This document shows, piece after piece, positions 39,070-48,208 of a stretch of 64,000 nt of DNA. Origin of the DNA: Candidatus Bathyarchaeia archaeon (GTDB lineage: Archaea > Thermoproteota > Bathyarchaeia > Bathyarchaeales > Bathycorpusculaceae); the NCBI GenBank assembly GCA_049516875.1, contig JBEKSS010000004.1:64001-128000 (forward strand). The letters run 5' to 3'. Position 1 is the stretch's first letter. Every line of letters begins with the position of its first letter. A program made the position numbers and the translations under genes. Under the pieces are notes generated by a model. It saw only the letters and a program-made list of their open reading frames with translations, was not told the DNA's origin and ran no database searches.

Positions 39070-40316
39070 TCCAACGTCGACAACAATACGAACCAAAAAG
39101 CCTTGACGAACTTGGAAGTCTGGCTGAATCGGCAGGATACGCCGTTATGGGCAGGATGGAACAGGTTAGACAGGCAGACGCGCGCTATCAAATAGGCTCC
39201 GGAAAAGTGGAAGAACTCGCCGAACTTGTGAAGCAAAAAAACGCTGAGAAAGTGATTTTCGACAATCTCCTGAGGCCGGTTCAGTCCTACAATCTGGCAA
39301 AGGCCACAAACGTTGAAATCATTGACCGTTTCCAGTTGATACTAGAAATCTTCACAAAGAGAGCCACGACGGCTGAGGCGCAGATGCAAATTAAACTGGC
39401 AAGCCTTCGGTACGACTTGACTCAGGCGAAGGAAAGAGTGCGTCTTACAAAAAGGGGAGAACAGCCAGGGTTCATGGGACTTGGAGCCTATGGAGTTGAC
39501 GTTTACTATGAGAGCGTGAAGAAAGAAATTCATGCCATACGCAGAAAACTCGGGAAAATCCGCGCAAAAAGGGTCTTACACCGTAAGAGAAGGGAAGAAC
39601 TGGGATTTACCTCGATTTCTCTGGCAGGGTACACGAAGGCTGGAAAAAGCTCACTGTTCAACGCGCTTGCAGAAGAAACGGTTCCAGTGGACGCTGCACT
39701 GTTTACAACTCTCTCCACGACAACGCGGCTTGTGACTTTCTCCAAGAAACAGTTCCTATTGACAGATACGGTGGGTTTCATAGATCGTTTGCCGCTAACG
39801 TTGATAGAGGCGTTTCACTCAACGCTTGAAGAAACAATCTACTCTGACCTGATACTTCTGTTGGTGGACGCAAGTGAATCGATGGACGCTATTGAAAAGA
39901 AACTCGGAACGTGCTTGGAAACAATAGAACGTATAGGCGCTTCAGGCGTGCCGGTGATCACGGTGTTGAATAAGATTGACTTGATACCAGAAACGGAAGT
40001 TCGGCAGAAGCTTCAAAAACTACAGGAAAAGGCGACGACCCTTGTTCCAATCTCCGCGTTGTACAAGACTAATCTTGAACAGTTGAAACAGGAAATACTG
40101 AAAATACTGAAGAATTACATCAAAGCAACCTTCACCATACCAGTGACAAACAAGACAATGTCGTTTATGGCGTGGCTTTTCAAAAACGCTGGCGTACAGG
40201 CAGCAGATTACAACGAAAGCTCTGTGCACGTGGTTTTCGAAGCCACTCCCACGTTGGCAGAGAAGGTCAGAAACCGCGTGGAAACAGAATTTAACGGGAA
40301 GGTCGAGAAAATCTGA
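39054..40316 (+). CDS. hflX: GTPase HflX (N-terminus extends upstream of the first ATG)
   Basis: GYTKAGKSS, FTTLS, DTVGF and NKID motifs; frame open from 39036 encoding (T)KAIIVQRR..LDELGSLAESAGY. Confidence 0.9.
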   Translation, partial: TKAIIVQRRQQYEPKSLDELGSLAESAGYAVMGRMEQVRQADARYQIGSGKVEELAELVKQKNAEKVIFDNLLRPVQSYNLAKATNVEIIDRFQLILEIFTKRATTAEAQMQIKLASLRYDLTQAKERVRLTKRGEQPGFMGLGAYGVDVYYESVKKEIHAIRRKLGKIRAKRVLHRKRREELGFTSISLAGYTKAGKSSLFNALAEETVPVDAALFTTLSTTTRLVTFSKKQFLLTDTVGFIDRLPLTLIEAFHSTLEETIYSDLILLLVDASESMDAIEKKLGTCLETIERIGASGVPVITVLNKIDLIPETEVRQKLQKLQEKATTLVPISALYKTNLEQLKQEILKILKNYIKATFTIPVTNKTMSFMAWLFKNAGVQAADYNESSVHVVFEATPTLAEKVRNRVETEFNGKVEKI

Positions 40317-40327
40317 AAAAAGAAGCT

Positions 40328-40906
40328 GTGCCTGAAGTCGTTGTGTTGAGGTGGGGTCACAGGGCAAGCAGAGATGCAAGGCTCACGACGCATGTTGCCC
40401 TTGCAGCCCGTGCCTTAGGAGCCTCTGGGCTCATCTTGTCAGACATAGAAGATCAAAAAATCAAGGGCACAATAGATGAGGTCACGCAAAGCTGGGGCGG
40501 CAAGTTCTTTTTCGAAATGGGAATCCCTTGGAAAAAAGCTGTGCGCCACTGGAAAACCGAGAACGGCATAGTTGTCCATTTAACAGCCTATGGAGAAAAC
40601 GTTGAAACCACTGATGTGTTGCACCGCATAAGAGTCTCTGGAAAGAACGTTTTGGTCATCGTTGGAAGCCAAAAAGTCCCTGGCGAATTTTTCTCAGAAG
40701 CCGTTTCAGACTTTAACGTGGCGATTGGGAACCAGCCGCACTCGGAATGTGCAAGCGTGGCGGTTTTCCTTGACCGCTTCTTCCAAGGAAAAGAATTGGC
40801 CAGAAGCTTCCAGAATGGGAAGATGAAAATCGTCCCCCAAAGTAGAGGAAAAAAGATCGTTACAGAGAAAAACCATGACACAGACCCCTTTTGTAAAGAG
40901 ATTTAA
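40328..40906 (+). CDS. trm56: tRNA (cytidine56-2'-O)-methyltransferase
   Basis: LRWGHR..RDARLTTHVAL, VHLTAYG, VGSQKVP and NQPHSE motifs. Confidence 0.93.
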   Translation: MPEVVVLRWGHRASRDARLTTHVALAARALGASGLILSDIEDQKIKGTIDEVTQSWGGKFFFEMGIPWKKAVRHWKTENGIVVHLTAYGENVETTDVLHRIRVSGKNVLVIVGSQKVPGEFFSEAVSDFNVAIGNQPHSECASVAVFLDRFFQGKELARSFQNGKMKIVPQSRGKKIVTEKNHDTDPFCKEI

Positions 40907-40970
40907 ATCAAACCCTGCAAAATATATAATATAGAGAACGGTGTTGAGTACTGGAAGCAAAAGGGTTACC

Positions 40971-41483
40971 ATGTTGTCCAACATAGATGACGCAACGCTG
41001 CTCAAAGTTGCTGAGGCGTTGGGAGAAGAAGACGCGGTTAGATTAATTGACATTCTGAAGAACTCGGATGAAACAACGGACGACGTGATTGCAACCAAGA
41101 CAGGCATAAGATTGAACTTGGTGCGAAAAATTCTTTACAAACTCTATGACCACTCCCTTGTGAGCCTTAGACGCACGCGCGATCCGAAGACCGGATGGTT
41201 CATATTTCATTGGAGGCTACAGCCCGACCAGCTTGAAGGCTTTATACTCAGCCAAAAACGTCGAGTTCTCGAGAAACTTGACACTCGGCTGGAGTACGAA
41301 AAAAACCATGATTTCTACTATTGCTACACGCCGGGTTGCAAGCGAATCCCCTTTGAAGAGGCGGTGGAACTGGTCTTCCGATGTCCAACGTGCGGAAAAC
41401 CGTTGATGCATTACAACAACGAGAAAATACTAGAATCACTGACCACGAAGGTTGACATCCTAAGGAAGGAGCTTGGTGAGTGA
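40971..41483 (+). CDS. tfe: Transcription factor E alpha
   Basis: wHTH (VRKILYKL..RDPKTGWFIFHW) plus Zn ribbon C..C..FRCPTCG. Confidence 0.93.
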   Translation: MLSNIDDATLLKVAEALGEEDAVRLIDILKNSDETTDDVIATKTGIRLNLVRKILYKLYDHSLVSLRRTRDPKTGWFIFHWRLQPDQLEGFILSQKRRVLEKLDTRLEYEKNHDFYYCYTPGCKRIPFEEAVELVFRCPTCGKPLMHYNNEKILESLTTKVDILRKELGE

Positions 41484-42015
41484 AAAACTTCCAACAAGAG
41501 AACAATCGTTGCAGTTTCTTAGAGAGAGCGGCTGCCGGGAGAACGTAATAAGACACGTTGAAGCAGTTTCTGCACTTGCGGTTGAAATAGCAGAAGCCTG
41601 CAGGAAAAGAGGATGCAACGTTGACCTGCAGCTTGTTGAAGTTGGAGCACTCCTGCATGATATTGGCCGCGCCAGGACGCACAGCGTGCATCATGCAGTT
41701 CTGGGAGCAGACATCGCAAAATCACTCGGTGTCCCAGAACCAGTCATATCAATAATCAAAAGACACGTGGGCGGAGGAATAACGGCAAGAGAGGCCCGAA
41801 AACTCGGATGGCCAAAAGATATTTACGTTCCTTTAACACTTGAAGAAAAAATCGTTTCCTACGCAGATAAGCTCATCGCAGGTCCGAGACGGGTGCCAAT
41901 AGAAATAACCATAGAAGAACTCTCCACAGAGTTGCCGCCGCCTGCCATTCAAAGATTGTGGAGATTACATGAGGAAATGTTAGTCTTGGTCGGCGATTGC
42001 CAATGCCTACCATAA
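41473..42015 (+). CDS. HD/HDIG-domain phosphohydrolase (TIGR00295-like)
   Basis: VIRH, LLHDIGR, HVGGGI and EEKIVSYADKL motifs. Confidence 0.88.
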   Translation: MVSEKLPTREQSLQFLRESGCRENVIRHVEAVSALAVEIAEACRKRGCNVDLQLVEVGALLHDIGRARTHSVHHAVLGADIAKSLGVPEPVISIIKRHVGGGITAREARKLGWPKDIYVPLTLEEKIVSYADKLIAGPRRVPIEITIEELSTELPPPAIQRLWRLHEEMLVLVGDCQCLP

Positions 42016-42791
42016 CACTGTTCGCAAAGGCTTACAACAATCTTCGGCTGGACAACTTTGATAAGAATCTTAGATCCACGTTGGAAGGCTTAAATGTTGA
42101 AGCCAAAACCTGCGGAGCCACCACCCGCGGGTGGATTCAAATATCGGTTTCTGGAGAGGACGAAAACGTGGCTCTGCGCTATCTGGACGATAGAATAGGA
42201 TTGTGCCCAGCCGCCTTAGAGGACATCAAGAGATTCTCAACAATCAAAGGCCGCATAACAGGTCTAGGGGAAAGTCAGAATGAACTGCGCGTTGATATGG
42301 GGGTGTTTTCTCCAAACATTTATGATGCCATAATCCCATTGTCAAGCTTGCAAGCCCAGCTTGTCGATGGTGGAAGGATATCGCTGGAGAAAATTGTTGA
42401 GCTATTCGGCTTCTGTGAAAACCTGCCGTTAACGATAAAAATCGATAATATCGATAAAGAGAAGGGTCTCATTTTGGCCGAAGTCGCTGCGAAGCAGCGA
42501 AGGCGGTACATAGAGTGGACAGAGGCGTTGCTAGACAGACTGCTGATTTTGGGAGCATCTCTCAACGGGATTGAGTTGGCTGTAGAAAGAGCAGGGTTCA
42601 AGCGCGATGTAGTCGGAATCGAACCGTTGGGAGGCTTTGAGTATGCGGTTGTGTGCAAGCTTGGAACCGATGCGGTCGGGTTGATTCCGAAGATTGGCCA
42701 GAACTTGAGAAACGCAAGCTTGGCTGTGTTCAGTCCGAGGAGGATTTTCGCTTTCTTTGGAAACAAGTTACCATTGCCTATCTCCTGGTGA
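42003..42791 (+). CDS. DUF2110-family protein
   Basis: GWIQISVSGEDE..CKLGTDAVGLIPKIG; usual neighbour of tfe/HD genes. Confidence 0.75.
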   Translation: MPTITLFAKAYNNLRLDNFDKNLRSTLEGLNVEAKTCGATTRGWIQISVSGEDENVALRYLDDRIGLCPAALEDIKRFSTIKGRITGLGESQNELRVDMGVFSPNIYDAIIPLSSLQAQLVDGGRISLEKIVELFGFCENLPLTIKIDNIDKEKGLILAEVAAKQRRRYIEWTEALLDRLLILGASLNGIELAVERAGFKRDVVGIEPLGGFEYAVVCKLGTDAVGLIPKIGQNLRNASLAVFSPRRIFAFFGNKLPLPISW

Positions 42792-43020
42792 CAATGTAGA
42801 CGCCTGCAAAGATTATGAGACCTCCTGTGACAGTGAAAAAACCTGATTTTCTCGCCCACGAAAATTGTTGCGAAGAGCACGGTTACCAGTGGCTCTGCGA
42901 ACGTCAATGAGCTGGTCACTGCAGCTTTGACTTGGTTCATGACGTGGAACTAGATGAAATATCCTGGAAGAGAACAGGTGAAAGCTAGGTAAAGGATTAC
43001 TGACCGCTCGTTAATGTTCA
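42778..43020 (-). pseudogene. EamA/DMT transporter C-terminal remnant
   Basis: VILYLAFTCSLPGYFI*FHVMNQVKAAVTSSLTFAEPLVTVLFATIFVGEKI(fs)FTVTGGLIIFAGVYIVTRR*; internal stop and a frameshift in a T6 run. Confidence 0.75.
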
Positions 43021-43159
43021 TGGCAAAGGCCCGCGCTTACCATGCTATCTAACGTTTTTACTCCTCTTAGTGAAGGATTCTGTCGAAAAAAATCAAAAAC
43101 ACCCTTACTAGCATTGGCCGCAGAAGACACATTCTTTGGAAGCTCCAAAGGCTCTGTGC

Positions 43160-44056
43160 TCAGACGGGTTGATTTATCTCCCTGAGCAGATTTTCAAGGA
43201 TCTTACTTTCTTCACCGTCCAATGGTAATACTGGTTTGCGAGGGTAGCCACCTGCTAATCCCTGCAGCCTCATAGCCTCTTTGATGGCTGAAATTTGATT
43301 GAACCTCTTTACAAGCACTTCATTTGCAAACGACATGCGGTTTTGCAGTCTACTTGCCTCTTCGTATCGTCCATTCTTGAAAGCCCTGTACAAGCGACTG
43401 CACAAGGTGGGAAACGCGTTTCCAATCGCTATCACTGCGCCCCTTCCCCCTGACAGCAGCGTGGGTAGCGTTACGTCGGCTGTTCCGGCCAAAACTGAAA
43501 TTTTGGTGCCTGTTAACCTCACGGTTTCTATTATGGTGCCGATGTTTCCGCTGCTGTCTTTGACTCCGATTATCTTTTCGTTTTCTGCCGCAAGTTCGTG
43601 AATGAAGGTCGGTTCTAAGGAGACGCCGGTGAACTTGGGAACGTTGTAGACTACTATAGGAATGTCGACGTTTTCTGAGAGGGTTCGGTAGTGCTCGTGG
43701 ATTTCCTTGTTTGAGAGTTTGAAGTAGAATGGTGTCACGACAAGGGCGGCGTCGGCACCTAAGTCGGCAGCGTCCCTGGTGAACGTGATGGTCTCTTGCG
43801 TGCTCATGCTACCTGTACCGGCTATCACGGGAACCTTTCCATTGGCTTCATCCATGACGGTTTCAATAACCTTCATCCTCTCCTGCCGAGAAAGGTAGGG
43901 GGCTTCGCCGTTGCTGCCGCAGGGCACCAGTCCTGAAACTCCGCCTTCTAACCAAAACCGCACACACGCCCTAAGCGCCTTGACATCAAGTCGACCGTTA
44001 CGTGTGAAGGGGGTGACGCCTGGCACGAACATTCCATTCAAAACAAGCATGGGCAT
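43160..44056 (-). CDS. dapA: DapA/NAL-family aldolase (dihydrodipicolinate synthase-like)
   Basis: GSNGEA, IAGTG, TPFYF, YNVP and GVKDSSG motifs. Confidence 0.8.
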   Translation of the reverse strand: MPMLVLNGMFVPGVTPFTRNGRLDVKALRACVRFWLEGGVSGLVPCGSNGEAPYLSRQERMKVIETVMDEANGKVPVIAGTGSMSTQETITFTRDAADLGADAALVVTPFYFKLSNKEIHEHYRTLSENVDIPIVVYNVPKFTGVSLEPTFIHELAAENEKIIGVKDSSGNIGTIIETVRLTGTKISVLAGTADVTLPTLLSGGRGAVIAIGNAFPTLCSRLYRAFKNGRYEEASRLQNRMSFANEVLVKRFNQISAIKEAMRLQGLAGGYPRKPVLPLDGEESKILENLLREINQPV

Positions 44057-44112
44057 ATTCTTTCCACTCGGAACCTAACATGTGAAAATCGTTATATAAA
44101 CCTACAATCATG

Positions 44113-44373
44113 GCGCGTATGCTTGTTCCTAAATTCCGTTGAAGAGGCAGGCATGGCGTTTTCCGATGGTCGAGGGTTACTGTCACGGTTCGATTGCGTT
44201 CTTGCTTGCTCACACCCTCCCCCCCGGGTATGCTATATGATCCAAATATGGTTGAAGACCAAAATGAGTAGCACAAGCCACTTCCCAAAAGAATTCAGGA
44301 GCACGCTAGCGCGCAAAATGCAACTAGACGTTCAGAGAAAACAGCTAAACAACTACGATTTTTGAGCGCGCTA
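44113..44373. mobile_element. Second MITE-like element A copy
   Basis: gcgcgtatgcttgttcctaaattc (44113-44136) with imperfect IR gaattcaggagcacgctagcgcgc (44291-44314); extra tagcgcgc/gcgcgcta IR extending to 44373. Confidence 0.55.
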
Positions 44374-44408
44374 ACATACTCTCGAAAGGTTTAATGTTGA
44401 AATTCTAA

Positions 44409-44439
44409 TCCTTGTGTTTGAGTACTCGATCCGTGATTT
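44409..44439. repeat. Second copy of element B
   Basis: 30/31 identical to 3758-3788. Confidence 0.8.
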
Positions 44440-44490
44440 TTTTTGGCCCTCAAAATGATGACTTTGCACAAAGATCAAATCATCAATGCA

Positions 44491-44679
44491 TTACGGTCTC
44501 GCAAGAAATATTTCACGTGCATACCTTCTGGCATCCTTCCAGACCAATCTAAACAAGCCAGACTTTGACCCGAACGATATGGGAACGGCTACGGCGTAGT
44601 CGACGTGAAGGGCATAGCCATAGTCGTCTGCTACTTCCACAAAAACGAATAAATCCGGCATCTCTGCTTTGTGAGACAT
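44491..44679 (-). CDS. Small hypothetical protein (62 aa)
   Basis: ATG preceded by GAGGGG; hairpin at 44455-44487 downstream; no recognisable motif. Confidence 0.35.
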   Translation of the reverse strand: MSHKAEMPDLFVFVEVADDYGYALHVDYAVAVPISFGSKSGLFRLVWKDARRYAREIFLARP

Positions 44680-44769
44680 GATTCCCCTCGTTTCGGTCAG
44701 TTTCTTCTCTTCTCAGCTTCGTCGGGGAGCTAGAGAAAGAAAACAGGTTATCATTCCGCAGGAGATAGG

Positions 44770-44844
44770 TGGGCCGGACCGGACTCGAACCGGCGACCTT
44801 TGGCTCGTAAAGCCAATGTCCTAACCAAGCTAGACGACCGGCCC
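44770..44844 (-). tRNA. tRNA-Val(TAC), no intron
   Basis: GGGCCGG acceptor stem, anticodon arm TTGGC-TTTACGA-GCCAA, GGTTCGAGTCC T-arm; TTAAAG box ~30 nt upstream. Confidence 0.95.
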
Positions 44845-44893
44845 ATGTTTCATTAAAGAATGAGGGTTCGGCTTTAACATTTTTCCCGAGGTT

Positions 44894-45880
44894 CTAAGCG
44901 AACTGCTTTTCTGCGAGAATTCTTTCGATGACGTCGACAGGGTTCTGAAGGTCGGCGAGTTTGGCTTTTACGTCGACCTTCTTTCCTAACTGTTGCCTTG
45001 CACACGCAAGGATTCTCGATGGGTTTACTATGAAGAGGGGGAATCCTTTCTTTGAGAGGTATTCGTTGACTTGAAGGCGGCCAAATGCGGATATCACTAT
45101 GCTTGGGGTTCCTTGCAATGCTGCTTCTCTCGCGATTGTGCCTCCCACGCCCACGACTAGGTCGGATTGTGCGGCGAGGCTCGCTGAATCTACGAATTCG
45201 TGTATAACTATGAACTTTCTGCTCTTCGGTTTGCTGTAGCGTGGAAGGAAAACAACGGTGCCAAGGGAGGAGAGCTTGTTTGCGACGTCAATTGTGACAT
45301 CGGTTGTTCCAAGAGCGTACGTTGCTTTCATTTCTGACTGTCTTACCACGATCAAGGGTCTCTTGAATTCGAATTTTTTCTTTCGGTTAGGGTCTTTTGT
45401 CCAGGCAACTTCGTCAACGCCTTTGAACTGGACAATCTTCTGGGTCCCGTATTTTTTGAAGATGGTCTTGGGAATGGCTTCCGAGATGAGAAGAGTGCTT
45501 GCTAGCGGTATCGTCAATCTGTTGACCGCTACGGCGTAAGGCGTGTCAGCTGTCACGATTGTTGGGATTTTCAAACCAAAAGCTGACCGACATAGCTCGA
45601 CTGACTGGTGCGAGACGGCCACCTCGGGTGGGTGGTCTTTGAACATCCTTGAAAACTGGAGCATGCGATTAGCGCTTTCTTCCAAGCGCGTGGAAAGGGA
45701 TGTTGGATTGTATTTGCCAACGACGATTGGTTTTTCGCCGAGGGTTTTTGCCAAAGCCACAGTGTCAGGGTGCTCCCTGATTGTGAATATGACCTCGTGA
45801 CCCAGCTTCCTCAGGCGCCTTGCAATCGCCGTGCCATACCTAACGTGTTTACCGGTACAAGCATCATACCAAACTTTCAT
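44894..45880 (-). CDS. DUF354-family GT-B fold protein
   Basis: MKVWYDACTGKHV, DTPYA and GGTIAREAALQGTP motifs. Confidence 0.85.
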   Translation of the reverse strand: MKVWYDACTGKHVRYGTAIARRLRKLGHEVIFTIREHPDTVALAKTLGEKPIVVGKYNPTSLSTRLEESANRMLQFSRMFKDHPPEVAVSHQSVELCRSAFGLKIPTIVTADTPYAVAVNRLTIPLASTLLISEAIPKTIFKKYGTQKIVQFKGVDEVAWTKDPNRKKKFEFKRPLIVVRQSEMKATYALGTTDVTIDVANKLSSLGTVVFLPRYSKPKSRKFIVIHEFVDSASLAAQSDLVVGVGGTIAREAALQGTPSIVISAFGRLQVNEYLSKKGFPLFIVNPSRILACARQQLGKKVDVKAKLADLQNPVDVIERILAEKQFA

Positions 45881-45884
45881 CGTT

Positions 45885-46388
45885 TCACCGCAGCCTCTTC
45901 TCAACGAAGGCCTTCTTCTTGTCTTCGTACTCCTTCCTTGTCATCATCGGCTTTGATGGAACGTCCTTCACCACCGTCGCCGGCGCGACGTTCTTGGTTA
46001 CTACGCTTCCAGCTGCGACAACTGCGCCTTCGCCGACTGTTACGTTGGGCAGTATCACTGCGCACCCGCCTATCACAGCGTTGTCCTCTATGGTAGGCGG
46101 GGTTAAGCGTACGCTTACTGGAAACTTGTCGTTTAGAAGAGTGCTGTTGGGAGCTATGAACACGTTGTTGCCGATTTTGCAGCCGTTTGAAATCGTCACG
46201 TGGGTCTGTATGTTACAGTTCCTTCCTATTATGACGTTCTTGCCTATGTCACAGAAGCTGCCGATGCGAGTTTCATCACCGATTCGTGTGTTGTCGCCTA
46301 TCACAACGTAGTTCCACACAACCACGCCATCGCCGAATCTGACGTTTTTTCCGAGTATTACTCCCTTGCCCATCGTTGGCTTCGGCAT
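45885..46388 (-). CDS. Hexapeptide-repeat N-acetyltransferase (WbpD-like)
   Basis: IG-rich LbetaH repeats, NDKFP and AAGSVVTKNV. Confidence 0.88.
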   Translation of the reverse strand: MPKPTMGKGVILGKNVRFGDGVVVWNYVVIGDNTRIGDETRIGSFCDIGKNVIIGRNCNIQTHVTISNGCKIGNNVFIAPNSTLLNDKFPVSVRLTPPTIEDNAVIGGCAVILPNVTVGEGAVVAAGSVVTKNVAPATVVKDVPSKPMMTRKEYEDKKKAFVEKRLR

Positions 46389-46478
46389 GCTTCCACTCTG
46401 CCTTTAGGGTTTTAGAGCGTATGAAGTTTAAATAGTTTGATGGTTCATTTTTTTGCTGCTGGTAGGATGTGGAAAGAG

Positions 46479-47310
46479 TTGGTGGGAGAGAAAGTTTTAG
46501 TTGTGGGTCTGGGCGAGGTGGGTCGGCCGTTGTTTGATTTGCTGAAAGAAAACGGACGGTTTACCGTTTATGGCCTTGATACAGACAGTGCCAAGATGCG
46601 CGAGGTTGGACAGAGTCAAAGTGAGCTACCCTCCGAAGTGGATGTAATGCACGTCTGCCTTCCATGCAATGAACAAGACAAATTCGTCAGCATAGTCGTG
46701 GGCTACGCGAAAAAGTTCAGCCCCAGACTGTTAATCATCAACAGCACTGTTCCTCCCGGGACAACACTCGAAGTGAGCAAACACTGCAGATGCCTTGCTG
46801 CCCATTCTCCAGTTCGCGGAGTGCACAAGAGGCTTGGAGCACACGAAGTGGGAACTGAAACGTTGGACAAAATACGTCGGCGGCGTGGATGCAAAGTCAG
46901 CGAAAGCCGCCAGCAAGCATTTCCAGAGGCTGGGCTTGAAGATCAAGATCTTGAGAATCCCGTTGGAAACAGAGTTGGCAAAACTGTTTGAGACCACTTA
47001 TAGGGCCTGGATGATCACGTGTTTCCAGGAAATGCACAGAATCTCCAGGCATTTCGATGCACACTTTGACGATGTGGCGGATTTCATCGAGGACACGCAT
47101 CGTGTGAGATTCGACAGGCCCGTGATGTTTCCAGGAGTAATCGGCGGACACTGCATCATCCCCAACACCGAACTGCTGCTCGGAAGTTACGACTCTGAAC
47201 TGTTGCGTTACATCTTAAAATCCAATGAAGAGCGAAAAAAGGAAATGAAGGACAAAACTGTTTGTGAAGAAGTGATAGAGGTAAAAAGAAGATTAGAGAA
47301 GGAAACCTGA
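46479..47310 (+). pseudogene. NDP-sugar 6-dehydrogenase-like gene split by a +1 frameshift at ~46831
   Basis: GLGEVG, NSTVPPGTT and HSPVRGVH in one frame; ETELAKL and GVIGGHC in the next frame. Confidence 0.8.
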
Positions 47311-47340
47311 CATCACCAGTTGATTTTCAAGCCCACACAT

Positions 47341-47462
47341 TAGTTGCTCCTCTCTCTTGTGCAGAGAGAAGAGTTTTCTGATTCTTGCTCTTGCGGCTTG
47401 TCTTCTTCTGCATCTGAGCTTGGTGCCTCTTGATTCCCTCTACCGTAGCTTCTACGTCGTGT
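47341..47462 (-). pseudogene. Decayed GT4 C-terminal fragment paralogous to 48209-49225
   Basis: HDVEATVEGIKR (fs) ARARIRKLFSLHKREEQL versus ATASAVKEAL..ARKRIQEYFSLEIREKRL. Confidence 0.6.
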
Positions 47463-47527
47463 GTCGCATCTACTACGCACAAAACGCCAAAACCGCGGCA
47501 TGATTTATCTTCATTTATGGTGAGGAA

Positions 47528-48130
47528 TTGAGAGTTAAATATGGTTGGGACCTACAGTATCCTGACGCGGGGTATTGGGATTCCCGAACACCATTGCATA
47601 TGGGTATGCCGAGATTTTTTCATTTCTACCAAGACCTAAATGATAAAAAGCTTAGAATATTCCTTACTAAAGAAAGAAAAAAGAAAGATAGAATTTTGGA
47701 TGCAGGGTGTGGAGAAGGAAGATTCGTTGCTTATGCAGACGTAGGTGTGGATTTTAGCAAAGGTATGCTTCAAAGAGCCAAAAGACGCCATCAAGATGGA
47801 AGTTTTGTTCGCGCTTCGCTTTTGCATCTGCCTTTTGGAGACAAGGCATTTTCGACCGCCTTTACAGTAGATGTTTTGCTGCATATCCCACCGGAAAAAA
47901 GGAAGGACGCCTCAAGAGAGCTGAATAGAGTTTCAGATAATTGTTACCATTTTTTGGCTGAACACAGAACTGTCACCCCTTTTATATTTGAACTCTTCAA
48001 AACGTTACCTTCTAAGCTTTTCGGGCGGTTAATCCCGTACATAACTGTATTTTTTGCATTTCAATTCGATAGACTCAGAAAGCTAGAAATTGATTCGGAG
48101 CCTGAAGTACTAAAAAAGTTGGCGAGTTGA
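47528..48130 (+). CDS. Class I SAM-dependent methyltransferase
   Basis: ILDAGCGEGRF, GVDFSKGML and LPFGD motifs. Confidence 0.82.
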   Translation: MRVKYGWDLQYPDAGYWDSRTPLHMGMPRFFHFYQDLNDKKLRIFLTKERKKKDRILDAGCGEGRFVAYADVGVDFSKGMLQRAKRRHQDGSFVRASLLHLPFGDKAFSTAFTVDVLLHIPPEKRKDASRELNRVSDNCYHFLAEHRTVTPFIFELFKTLPSKLFGRLIPYITVFFAFQFDRLRKLEIDSEPEVLKKLAS

Positions 48131-48208
48131 TTCTCCTGCTAATCAGAATTTGTTGCGGAGAACACATGTGTCTGATACATTTTTAGTTCTTGTGCAAGTC
48201 TTCAGTTG

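Noticed and set aside
42320-42940. 206-aa minus-strand ORF
   Set aside because: Artefact of the frameshifted EamA remnant reading antisense through DUF2110
44455-44487. C/D-box sRNA (ATGATGA)
   Set aside because: No CTGA D box at a suitable distance; better explained as a hairpin. The same applies to ATGATGA at 4688
44100-44770. Integrated element at tRNA-Val or tRNA-Glu
   Set aside because: No integrase gene and no duplicated tRNA 3' end (att site) noticed in the window
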